Below, one piece after another: positions 26,940 to 38,646 of a stretch of 64,000 nt of DNA. The notes beneath the pieces were generated by a model. The model searched no databases and had not been told where the DNA came from. It worked only from the letters and a program-made list of their open reading frames with translations. How positions within the stretch are numbered: position 1 is the first letter of the stretch; each line of letters starts with the position of its first letter. The translations under genes were made by a program, and so were the position numbers. The stretch comes from Ptychomitrium polyphyllum (Eukaryota): positions 8,370,001 to 8,434,000 of the forward strand of contig OZ316776.1 of NCBI GenBank assembly GCA_973851085.1, written 5' to 3'.

Positions 26940-27890
26940 TATGAAGCAATGACATCTATATTTGGAACCATCAATTCAAAAAAGGTGGCTAAAATAAGAA
27001 TCCAAAGTCTACAATAAAAATAACATTTGGTTGTTACATATACTATAGAGTTTTGATAACTTAATAACAACCTTGATTACAATGATAAGGTCTTAGTTAC
27101 ACGATTTTGATAGAATTTGAAAGAAAATGTAAAAGATTTGCTATTTACAATGCCAATGGTTGATACATTGGACAAATTCATTGCTCAAGCAGTTGCATAT
27201 TACAATAGATTATTTGAGAGGCGCCAAGAATAATGATTGAAATGAGAACTTGTACATCAAGGTATAGCAATCAATTCTTTAAAAGTATTGGAAAATCAAC
27301 AACAAGGATTAGAACCTATATAAACTAAATACAACATTATGTCTTTTAGCCTCACTAATGCCCGTGCAGTCTTTCAACACAAGATGAATGATGTCTACTA
27401 TGAGCATTTGAATAATTTTGTAGTCATCTACTTTGATGACATTTTGATACATTCAAAAGAGAAATAAAACTACAAATATTATGTGTAACTAGTCTTAAGA
27501 AAATCTATGTCAATAAGGTTTATAAAGTATGCCAATATCAATTTAAGATGTTCAATGATTCTTGGAATTTGCAAATTTTTATAGGATATTCATCAAAGAT
27601 TATTTCAAGATTGTAGCACTATTGTCACAACTTATGGAGAAGCAAAAATTCATTTAAAATGAAGAGGTAAACGGAGCATTTTAAGGTCTTAAAAAGTCAT
27701 TTACGTCGGCTCCAATCTTTATTCATCCAAATCCATCAAAACCTTAAGTACTTTATGAATGTATATGTTTTAAATTTCTGTCAAGCAAAGTGGATTATGT
27801 CGCTGTCCAAATTTGACTTTATCATTACGTATTGGCTTGGTAGCCTATAAGGTAAGCTAGATACCTTATCTCAAAGATCTTAATTGGCTC
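26940..27890 (+). mobile_element. Ty3/gypsy gag-RT-RNaseH remnant inside the LTR element
   Basis: NVKDLLFTMPMVDTLDKFIAQAVAYYNRLFERRQE (gag), YNIMSFSLTNARAVFQHKMNDV..FVVIYFDDILIHSK (RT, YxDD at 27429-27440) and ANFYRIFIKDYFKIVALLSQL..GLKKSFTSAPIFIHPNPSKP. Many stops and deletions. Confidence 0.85.
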
Positions 27891-28281
27891 TTAATTCTAG
27901 AAATGAAGTTTTGATTCAACAAAGGATTGTTTTGGTGAAACAAATCCTAGCTCTTCAACATTAGGCTTCACAAGTTCTTTAAGATAAAAAGGACTTTTCT
28001 TTGCATCTTCAAAATGTAAGAATATTTCTTCAAAGAGCTCATAAAGAAAGTTATGAACCTATTGGACAACACATTGGAGCACCAGCAAAAAGAACCAGTA
28101 TAGTTAGCTCCCACTATAACACAAGCAGTATATGCTAGAATTGTAATGAGGTTATTATATAAAAGTAAATTAAGTAGGAAGTTAGTCAAATCCACTTTAA
28201 TCTGATTAACATAGGAACAAAGTGAGGCAACAACAACCTTCACACAAAACATTGTGAAAGAGAACTTTGTACAAGAGGGAG

Positions 28282-28493
28282 TATTGATACAAGTGCGTGC
28301 TCAGCTGTCATGTATCTGTCTAGAAGCTGATACCTTAGACGATTGATACCCTGTTCTTGGTGTAACCACAGGTATATAGGTTGAGGTAGGTTAGGACTTA
28401 ACTTTGACGTGTGCTGTTTTGAATGGACAGGCTGACTTCATGCTAGTGTATATATTCCGCTTCTCTTGAAAAAAGAGTTCAGTTGCATCAACA
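28282..28493 (+). repeat. 3' LTR (~212 bp)
   Basis: Aligns with 25312-25525, preceded by the PPT and followed by the TSD. Confidence 0.9.
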
Positions 28494-29622
28494 CTACGCA
28501 TGCAAAAGATGGAAGCTTACCGAAGCTGGAAAAGGTGCAGGTAACTGAAGATCTTTCCATGAAACTTTGATGGCTGGCATTGCCATTACACCATTCTAAA
28601 TTGTCATTTCTGTTCATCGGAAACTATACCAGCAGATTCTCCACATCCATGAAAAAAAAATTAGTAGTTGCTTAGGATTGTTAGTATTCCTGACTCCTCA
28701 CTCATAGTATGTAGATGACAGCTTTGCAAAGAAGATTGGTTCCCCATATGCCAGACTTATTATGTTGTGCAAATGAGTTCTTAGTTGAAGGAGCAAAAGC
28801 AAGGCAATTCCAACCGGAGTTTTGCCAGTGTTTGCAGTTTATATTATACAAATGGCCCACAACGCAACATACTTCAAACCCACACTAAGTTGATATTGTC
28901 TCGACAATTCACACTAGGTTCTGATTTCACGCAAACTGGTAGAACTAAATAACGAGAGCTTCACTAAATTATGGAAAATGAATTTAGGTGAAATATTCAC
29001 TTGACGTTGTTTCTGTCCGACTTTCCAATACCGATCTTCTATTGTAGATGTAGAACGAGTGAGCTGTTTTCAACAACGTCTCCGCCTGCACTCCAAAAGA
29101 AAATTTCAGGCCTGTACAGAAGGATGGGAATATTCCATTATTGGTCGTTAACAAGATAAAACTGTCGATGCATCGGAAAGGACATAGTACCTAAGCATTT
29201 ACAACTTCATTGCACCTCCGACAGGCCGTTGCTGAATCGTCCAAAACCTCAAATTAGCGATGCAAATCCTGACGCACAAGCAATCAAGGCATCACCCGGA
29301 ATGCTGCTGAGGTCCAGCACCATTACGTTACCCATTGAACCTCAGAAAATTCTCATGCCTGACACCACCAGATCGAGTTCACGTCATGAAGGCATCAACC
29401 TATGCCATACTGATCAGTGAGACCCTGGAGATAATATGAAAGAAAACTGCCAGCATAAGGAACGACGGTTAACTATGGAAGGTATATGTATGTGTTTTCT
29501 ATCAAAATGCAACATGACTTTATTAAAATGATAGAATCATATTGTTCAACAGTAAATAGAAGTTATCAATTGCATTGAACAATGACGACAAGGCAGATTG
29601 AATTGTGACTACTGAATTCTAG

Positions 29623-30186
29623 CTACTTGCCAACCACAAGAGTCCATTTCTGGATATTGTACTGGGCATCGGGGAGGGTGCCCGGATGAAGCAGAGTCTG
29701 GAAGACGGTGTGGGCGATGGCGTATCCCTTCTGCCCAAGAAACAGCCCAGTGCCGGCCACCACGGTGAGCTGCCTGTCACTGGTGGTGTTAAAGGACGGC
29801 CGTTGCCCAATAATCTCGTAGGTGCACTCGATAAGGTCGCCGGGCTGGTCGATCGTCACGGTCACTTCAGCGCGGTACTTCGTGCCACCGTCCACGACAT
29901 ACAAGCCCTGGAACTTGCCCAGCGCCTTGGAAGCAGGGTCGGCCGTGGCCGTGATGACGTTGTCCACTACCACCAGCGCTCCAAGCTGCAGCGCGCTCGT
30001 ATTACCTTCCGGCCCGCCAACGATGAAGGCCGTGGCGTCAGAGCCCGTGTTGATGCGCTCGTGCACGAAGAACGTCACATTGTGGGTCTTGTGCCGCGGC
30101 TCATGGCGCGCGCTCACCCTGTCGCAGGTGCCCAGGCACAGAACTATCCCCATCATCACCACATAGAACCACGACAACTTGGTCAT
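29623..30186 (-). CDS. Dirigent-family secreted protein, intronless, 187 aa
   Basis: Signal peptide plus FFVHE, LGALVVVDNVIT, SKALGKFQGLY and RQLTVVAGTGLFLGQKGYA, matching dirigent motifs I-V. Confidence 0.88.
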   Translation of the reverse strand: MTKLSWFYVVMMGIVLCLGTCDRVSARHEPRHKTHNVTFFVHERINTGSDATAFIVGGPEGNTSALQLGALVVVDNVITATADPASKALGKFQGLYVVDGGTKYRAEVTVTIDQPGDLIECTYEIIGQRPSFNTTSDRQLTVVAGTGLFLGQKGYAIAHTVFQTLLHPGTLPDAQYNIQKWTLVVGK

Positions 30187-31785
30187 GACTGCTTTAATTC
30201 AATTATAGCATTAGTGATCAATCACGTCGATGTGCAAACCAGACGGTGTCGATTGTCTATGGACCCCCTCGAAAAAATCAGATCGATCTCAGGTCACAGC
30301 GACTGAGGACAGGATATAATTGCAACTCCAAACATGTGCCGTGTAGCTGATTGATCGGTCGGCAGCGTGAACAACTAGAGCTCCAGGGATAGCGTCGAAC
30401 TTGCTGGAGCTGAGGCCAGATTATGTCACTCTTATGCACGAGGCTGAGCGGCTGGCGATCGAGCTCCCAATTGCTGGATCACATGATGTGTGTACGTTGA
30501 TGAGGCTACTGCTGCTTATATGTGCATCCACATGAGCGAGGTCCGGGGCACACCGCGTCCAGTTGTATTCAGTCAGACCTGGGGCCTGTATTAATTACCG
30601 ACTCGGACATATAGGGCTGCACGAGTTGGCGATGCATTCCATTCCACACCAGAATGGAAGAAGTAGGTGCATCCTAAAGGACTTCCGGAGGTGAACCCCG
30701 GTGTCTCATGCACTTTACAAGCACCTTCGGAGGTGGATCCCGACTCCCGAATCGTGATTCAAGTTGAAAGCCAGTCTCGTGCTCCGGTCTCACGCACTTT
30801 CCAACAGTTTGACTTTAACACATACTATTGCGCGGCCTTATTGCAATTTTAATTCGTCTATGTGGGGCCGCCGCTTTCCCTCCACGACTAGGCCGAGGAG
30901 ACTGTTCATTCGTTTTACCACATGTTGCAGACATGCGGAGTGGACTTTGCGCAGGCACTCCGGATCCCCGCCTGCCATCAATTCTTATCCACGGAGGGTT
31001 TGCCTCCCAGATTTCTGGTCCAAGGAGCTCCAGAAGGGCTTTCGCAAGCGTGTCCTGCATCCAACATGCTGCTAGAGAATTTTTAGGAGGTAGAGCTAAG
31101 CAGCATGAAATTGAGGACGAACTTACCTAGAATGGCTGCACTGATCGCTTCCAGATCTCTGTTGCATGGGCCTCACTCGCATGAGTTCATGAGTGTCCTA
31201 CTCCGCTACATGGGGCATTCCCATTCTAGTTCCCTGGTGCAAGCAAACGTTCGTTCCATCACTCCTAGCTTTCGAGGAATGCAGACTGTCTCTGCACCTC
31301 TGTGACCGGCTCCCAAGCAAATTTACTGCAGCATCACGAAGTTCTAATATGCTTGCCGCTGCTGCTATGGAAGTATCGTCCAAAAATATCAAAGCGCACA
31401 CAACCATTCTCTCGAGCGTGCGAGCAAAAAATTAACAGAATTTGAAACGATTGCAAACAATCTTCGATCACAAAAGAGCACGTTAAAACATCATCTACTA
31501 CATTAATTAGGAACATGCTGCCTCAACTCAGCCTCATAGGTTTTTCCAATTTCATAGACGCTTTCAGGTTAGTGACAATGCAAACGAAGGAGTAAAATTT
31601 ATATGGCACAACAGCCAGCGACATCAAGAGCAACAAAAGTAAGGCCACAAAATCACGAACTGCTTCATGTAAGCGAGTTTTGCAGGCACATTGTTTGTCT
31701 CCTCATAATGTGACCTAAGTTGTAAGATTCAAAATCTTAACTATCAAAATTTCCGCCAGACTAATCCTTCCGAGGTCCACTTCAT

Positions 31786-32630
31786 TTAGCGGTAGTGTAG
31801 AACACAGGAACAATACGAGGTGTTAATAATAAGAATATATACCCGAATACAACTGCACTAGTTGTGGAAAACCGACTCCCTGTTCAGGCCTCTAAGTCGG
31901 TGCGAGGAGAAGTGAAGAGGTGTCACACTGATTGATAAATTACCTTTACGAAGCCGATGTCCTTGGAAAAGATGCAAGAGCAATGACAGCAGGTATTGAT
32001 GCCGTACTTGCGGATCATTCCAAATGAGTTTCCGCACACCCGGCTGCCCATGCCCAGTAGAAACAACTTCTCAGTATCACGTTCACAACTAGGAAGTGCA
32101 TAACCTAACCCTTCCCAAAACCAGATTCAACTAACGCTGCTTGGATACACTCCAGGTGCAAACAATATTCACACCCTTTCAAGCCACCACATAACCTATA
32201 CTAGCACAAGTGACAGGAATTCATCGTACTGTAACCATCACCAATTCAACTTTCCTCACTGAAGACCAAGTCTGCTTCAAACCACAAGACGATGCATTTA
32301 CAAGCGCCTTGATAGTATGATTTAGAAGAACTAATCCAGTTAGTCTCTCGGAATAGAGAGATGCGTTGCAAAACGAATACTCTAGCCTAGTATTACCACA
32401 AAGACCGTTCCCTCAACCAAAGCAACACCGCAAAACTCCTCTCCTAGATCGCGCACTAGTAGACAAGAGAACTACACACAGAGGCAAGGAAACTCACAGC
32501 GAGATGCTGTAAGAGCACCAGCTGACGAGAGCGTCGAAATGCGAATGAGAGATTGGAAGCTTGATCGCACTTCACTACAGACAGAGCACATCGCTTGCCC
32601 GAGATAAGGGGGAGTGAGAACCTGGCCGGC
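31786..32630 (-). pseudogene. RPS29: 40S ribosomal protein S29 (uS14) pseudogene
   Basis: Exon 32043-31944 reads [33 protein letters not shown] with intact AG/GT flanks. The terminal exon TAC CGC TAA (31794-31786) has acceptor CAC instead of CAG. Exon 1 survives only as a possible PGSHS trace near 32610-32625, with no start codon or donor. Confidence 0.8.
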
Positions 32631-33525
32631 TTCTGCTAGCCGGAGTAAGGGCGCCAGGCGTACCTCGGTGCATCAGCGATACTGTGGGTATCAACCCCAA
32701 AGCTTGCCCAAGAAGCTTTCATGTTCGGCTCCAGTCTGATTGTTGCGTCTGATGACCCAAGTAATTGTTTGAGTTTGGTGATTCTGGTGCCGTCACGTTC
32801 TGGGTCGTCTTTGATTGTGACGGCAGCGGCGTGAAGGTTTAGGACAGGTTTTCGGTTGGGGTCGTGCAACGAGTGGGATTCGGCGAGTACGGTGTGGGGA
32901 AATTGTGAGTTTCCCTGCCTCTGTGTGTAGTTTCTTGCTCTGCATGATGGTTTTCAGCTTTACAGGTTCGGTGGCTTGGTAGTCGCCTGTTTTGAGTTTT
33001 CTGGGATTGAGAGTGGAGTTCGCTTTATCAGAAACAATGTCGGTTAGGTTATTAGGAGCTTTGAAGGTTCGCGTTTTGTGTTTTGGTCACTCAGTGCTCT
33101 GCGAGTTCAATTTGGTGGAAAGTGTTTCTGTGCGACTGAAGTAGAATCGTGGTTAGGAATGGCTGTGAGTGATAAGGCTAATTTTTCTTGACTATGATGG
33201 GGACGTTGTGTTGAAAATATTGTCTTAACGTCCCGGTTTAGTTCATTTCCAAATGTTTAGGTCCGATTCGTTGGATATAATGCAGGAAAGGTGTCATTTG
33301 TGGTAGAATGCTGGTTCATAATGTGGGAAGCGTATTAGAACGAATTTTCTCGGCTTTTAGGTTTTCGTAGTTTAGGTTTTCACGTACTTCTGCATCTTTG
33401 CTGAATCTCTGCAGGTGGCGTTAAGTATCTCTGGTTAACGTTTCTGACCTAATTAGAAATTTATGACTTGTTACGGTGCTAAAAAATCCGAAGATTGGGG
33501 GACATAGAAATGCTAGTCTGAGAAA

Positions 33526-36067
33526 ATGAGGAATAACAAGGTGTCGAAACGTCGAAGACAGGAAAGTTCTGCTCGTTATTCTACAGACTCCACTGAGGAT
33601 GATTCAATCTCAAATGGAAATGAGTATTACCACAAAGCGAAGGGGAAAAGGAAAATTAGGGAAGATGATGTCCGAAATCAGGAAGAAGAGGAGAAAAAAG
33701 AAGTCCCGGGAACTAACGAGGACAAGGCTGTGCAAGTATGTGGTATCTGTTTGACAGAGGAGGAAGTTGAGAGAGGGAAGCTTGACTGTTGCGATCACTA
33801 CTTTTGTTTTGAATGTATCATGGAATGGTCAAAAGTAGAGTCGCGGTGTCCGACCTGTAAGCAAAGGTTCGTGACAATCGTAAGACCCCCAGTGCCTGGA
33901 GTTCCTCGCAGCCGGCCACGCACTTTTCATATACCGCTTAGGAATCAGGTACTGGTATCGTACTATTTTTCTCAAATGCATTACTTCTTTATTCATTACT
34001 CGCTTTAAGAGGTTTTTCTCAAGGTTTTTTTAAGTTTTTCTTGAATTCATGTTTATTTTTCTGCTGGTCATAATGGCAGGTCTATGAGCCGTCGGAAGAA
34101 GAAATTCGCCTATTTACAGATCCATATCTGCATGTGGTTTGCTCTGAGTGTCAAGAGGCAGGAGATGAACGTCTTCTTCTTTTGTGTGATAGATGTGATG
34201 CAGCTGCACACACCTATTGTGTTGGCTTAGGCCGATCTGTTCCACGTGGAGACTGGTTCTGCAATATGTGTAGTAGTCAGGTTCAAGGATTAAACAGTGA
34301 CGAGCAAGAACATGATGAAGAACATAATGAAGGACTAGACGAGAACGATTCAGATCCACTGATTTCTATTCTTGTAGCTGATGTGCAACCTATTCAACGG
34401 AGGCGACCCCCGCGGCGGCGAGCTTCAGCTCCCCGTTTGAATCGGGCTGGCGGCAGGTAGTACTTCGCTGTGTCCTGTCTTTGATTTTGGTATTTGTTTT
34501 CAAAAAAGGTGACAGGTTATTTAAATGTATATGCATTTTTGATATATATTGATGAAATGGTGGTTAACAGGCACACCCGACTCCACCCAGCTCCTGCAAT
34601 ATTACAGGAAGCACAGACTTTAATACCATTAAATCAAGAAGCGGGTCGGTCAAGTTCATTGAGCAGTAATGACGGGTCCACCCCAGCAGTTGCCCGCACC
34701 TTATCTTCACAGCGGTTGATACGACAAAGGGTTAACGACATCCGCAATAACTGGGACCAGTTACGAAGAGGAGAGCTGCAATTTGGCTCTATTTCGCAAT
34801 CTGCTCCTCGGACACGTGCATCTCAAGCTCATGGCAGGCTGTTGTCAAATACGTCGGCAGTTCCTGAAGTTGCACCTAGCAATGACGTTTCTCAAGCATG
34901 GTCTATGATGGAACAAGCTCGAGCTCTGAGAGAGGAGAGGGTGGTTCCAAATCCCGCTTCAGGAACTAGGGCCGGCGGAAACAGGGTTACTTCACTTAGA
35001 AGGATACCTGCTGGTGGGGGAGGGACTACTGTTGGTTCCTCAAGGTTCAATCAAATTCAAGAGCAGAGTGAGAGAACAGGAACTGCAGGAGACAGGAATC
35101 AACTGGTTGGAAATAGATCCAGAATTCATCGTGATCAAACTGGAGAGCAGACTTTGAGAAGAGCCAATGTGAGGGAGGGCAGTCGCTTGGCAGATAGTAG
35201 GTTACGACGTTACAGAGACGCACCTGAAGAACAAAGTTCGAGGAGAGAGTATACGAGGGAAGGCAATCACAGGGTCGAAAGTAGATTCAGAGATCAAAGA
35301 GATCGAAGTTTAGAACGAAATGTTAGGGGAGAAAATGTAAGAGAGAGCAGTCGTTTGGTAGAAAGTAGCACGATTGCGGGTCATGGAGTCGGTCGAAGGA
35401 GTGGGCAACAGGACAATGATGATGTCCAGGATGTACAGGCAAGTAGAGTGCGTGAGAGATTATTTAGGGACGGCAATGAAAGAAATGTTGCAGGACGAGT
35501 TATGCCTGACAGTTCCAGAGAGAATGAGAGGCTGCATGTTGGGAACAGAAGTGGAAGGAGGACACAAACCAAAGATGACGAAGCTCATAGACCCCACAGT
35601 AGAAGGAGTAATTCCAGGGAGAGGAGAGATATGAAGGAGCAAGTTGCTCAATATGTGAAGGCAGAGCTCAAGCCGCTTTATCGTTTGGGGCATATTGGTA
35701 CACATCCAACCGTTTCCTCATTTATTGGTAATTTACTTTTCAGTTAGTACATTTCATACTGATGGATCCTTTCGTGAGGTGCAAACTCTGAATATATCCA
35801 CCTTGATAATTGTTTTGTGGTGCAGACAAGCAACAACACGTTAGAATTGCAAGGATGGCAACACAGGAATTGCTGGCAGCGTTTGGAATAGAGCATTTGG
35901 GTCCCGAGACGCGTGCGTTTGGGAACGTCAGCTCTGCTTGTAACCATTTGTCTTCTCCATCCACTTCTTCGTCATTTGCCAACTGTTGCATGCAGTGTGT
36001 ACGGCATAATGTAAATAAGGTTGTCGGCGTTTTGGTTGAAAAAGTTGTCGGTACAGGGATTTTGTAG
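33526..36067 (+). CDS. RING-finger + PHD-finger protein (PHRF1-like architecture), 4 coding exons (33526-33948, 34080-34456, 34571-35697, 35826-36067)
   Basis: RING CGICL..CCDHYFCFECIMEWSKVESRCPTCK and PHD CSEC..LLLCDRCDAAAHTYCVGL..VPRGDWFCNMC. Long Arg-rich disordered region and helical C-terminal domain (VKAELKPLYRLGHIDKQQHVRIAR). Splice phases are consistent. Confidence 0.92.
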
Positions 36068-36975
36068 TGCCTCATTTGACATGCAATTAATTCTGATGAT
36101 TTAAAACGAGGATCTCAAGTTTTAGCGTTTTTCTTATCTTTGACTTACAGGCTGATAAAAGTTGTCACATGACTTAGTTGTATCACAGTTGCTGTTACAG
36201 TTGCATCAAATTTTGTGCTGAATGGTAAGGGTCTAAAGAATATTTTATAGAAGTATTCTCATGACCACCAACTTCTCTTCGGAGATTTGAGATACCCTAC
36301 ATGGTCGACTGTTGAATGGCACTCCAAAGAATCTAATACACACATTTCCCCAGCCTAAACTTGTACAATGGAATAAGGTAGATTCCCCATAACCGCCTGT
36401 CCTTTTCTCGAGGGATCATGAAACCAAAAACCTAAATCCAAAAGCACCAGTTGATATATATGAGTGTTATATATTCGATCGCTCGTGGTTCTGTGTGCTG
36501 ACATGTACATGTGTTGTATATTCAATTCTCTCGTGGTACTGTATGCACGGAGGGTTGTATTTAGATTCCTCCTATTTTTAGCTTCAAGTATTTTTATCTA
36601 AAAATTGTGTTTTCATTAGACCAGAAAATCTTTCTAAAATGAGGAACTCGTACAAATTTCAAACTCAGATCTCCATCTATGCTAAATTGCTTCACGCCAA
36701 GCCATGGTTATGAAGAATCTACCTTTGCATAAATGAAAGACAACCGCCTTACTAACTTATTTTTATTATAAGAAACCTGGTTTGCAGATTCACAACAAGC
36801 AGAATGATACTTGACAAATAGAACTCTTCCTCTAATTCGTCACTACCAAATTAACCTTCCTACCGAAGATTAGCATTGGAGTTGACAAACAAATCGCAAC
36901 ACCTGTACGAAAACCAGAAAAGCAATGCACTGGAACGCAACGAAACATCCAGCTTCTCTATCCAAAACCTAATTT

Positions 36976-38589
36976 TTACACATCCGGGTCGTCATCAGTG
37001 AGCCATTTGACGTATCGTTTGAGCGAGTACTCAACTCTTGCTTTCGCGTCTTCCATAACTTCGTAGTTCCAAAAGCCTCCATAGACACGCTCGAAAACCC
37101 AGGGTTCAAGTCGTGCAGCAATGCGGTGCACATGGCTTGCAGACAATGGAATGTAGTTGGGATATGAACGCATGACACTCACAGTGGTGTGATCCAGCGC
37201 ATTTACCTACATATACACAAAACATATCCTCTTCTAGTAAATAACAATTTTTGCACTGGATCTCAATCATCTCACCTCAACCCGCTCGAAGGAGAATAAA
37301 AATTGTGGTCCTTCGTCAGGAATCAAAATCAAGGCATCTGCAAAATTTATTTGAAATACAAAGCTTACTTGTATAATGTCCCCTGTCAGCAAGACGCCTT
37401 TGCCACCAACCCCCTCGGCCCAATGAAGGACTTGACCTCCTGCGAAGTGCCCTCCCAGCTGTATCAAAGTTGCCCCTTCCAGCACACGAAGTGTTTCACC
37501 AGACCAAAACTTCACATTCTCGTGCTCCCACATGACCCACTTCTTGTCTCTAGCATTTCATGATTAACAGAAATGGAAGGATGTTAACAACCAAACGAGA
37601 CGGCCCCGACGATTTAGTCAAGCACATTTCCTCTTTAATTACGCCAGTTTTTATTTTCGCTACCACATCAAGAATTCACAAAAATAACACCACGAGGATT
37701 ATCATAAAATCAAAAAAAATGTGCCATGACACATAACATTATAAAAGAGGAACTCAAGACGACAAGCAGGCACCACAAACATAACATCACAGGAGATGCA
37801 AGTCCACATTGGACAAGTCTGCAACTCAGCCAAAAATCTGGAACGAGATCCCACTACGACGTACTTCTCATGAATATAAACAGGTACGTTGCCAAAGGCT
37901 GAACTCCACTGTGCATTGTTTGCATAATAATGAGGATGAGATATAGCAATCGCCTTGAGGCCTCCGAGTGATTTCACAATGTCAACTGTCGCTTCATCCA
38001 GCAGCGGTATACAATCCCATAAGATGTTCCCATCTGCAATTAGCAAGACAGACTGGAAATTAGAACGTTCCAGCTCACATATTCTACAAATGACGCTAAG
38101 GGTTCACCTCGCAGATGGAAAAAACCCTAGACACGAAACAGAGAATCCCGATTCCTGGAGCGTGAGATTCTAAAACCGTACGCCTTGCAATTCAAAAAGA
38201 GTGACAAGGTGGAGGATTTACGTGTGGTCTGCACAAGAAAAGCGCGCTGTCCAATGCCAACTTTGGGCTCCGTGCTGAGAGCATACAAACCCGGCTCATA
38301 CTTGGTCCACTTGTTCATGTACGAGCCATTCTTTAGCTGAGCGTGAGTCGTCCACTGTTGCCCACCTCTAAACACCCACATGCAGCAACCTGAGTACCAA
38401 GTAAGCAGGTGCAGCCACATCAAACACATGCAAGAGTGCAATCAAAGAAGGAACGGCGTAAGAAACATCATACTTTGGAACAGCTTGGCGTTCGTCGGAG
38501 CAGATGGGACACACCGAGGGCAGATTCGCATGAGGTGAGAACTGCACACCGCAGGCTTTGCAGATGTGCGCTTGCTCTGCTGGGTCCAT
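36976..38589 (-). CDS. Metallo-beta-lactamase-fold hydrolase with N-terminal CxxC..CxxC, 5 exons (38589-38474, 38367-38222, 38033-37865, 37549-37369, 37206-36976)
   Basis: Spliced product contains ICKACGVQ..CPICSDERQ, GIGQRAFLV, NILWDC, IAISHPHYY, GGHFAGGQVLHW, LLTGDIIQV, MRSYPNYIPL and FERVYGGFW. All introns are GT-AG and in phase. Confidence 0.88.
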
Positions 38590-38646
38590 GTCCGCAGCTG
38601 TGACAATGATCAATAACTGGGTCGGTTGCGCGCAGCACAGAGAAGA

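Larger units (their letters stand above)
25312..28493 (+). mobile_element. Degenerate non-autonomous LTR retrotransposon with 5-bp TSD CTACG
   Basis: Direct repeats 25312-25525 and 28282-28493 both end in CAACA. TSD CTACG at 25307-25311 and 28494-28498. PBS-like TGGTATTAGAG at 25526 and polypurine AAGAGGGAG before the 3' LTR. Copia-like gag remnant (NYSV*KVKMKVHLKKEKL*GII) near 25850. Confidence 0.92.

Noticed and set aside
29686..30306. 206-aa plus-strand ORF
   Set aside because: Antisense to the GC-rich dirigent gene.
30815..31407. Short ORFs on both strands between the dirigent gene and the RPS29 remnant
   Set aside because: No recognisable domain or consistent exon chain.
36466..36548. 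Degenerate ~46-bp direct repeat between convergent 3' ends
   Set aside because: Only two diverged copies, consistent with an ordinary local tandem duplication.
16393..38589. Bacterial contamination or an operon suggested by murG and the MBL gene
   Set aside because: Both have in-phase spliceosomal introns and sit among plant genes.
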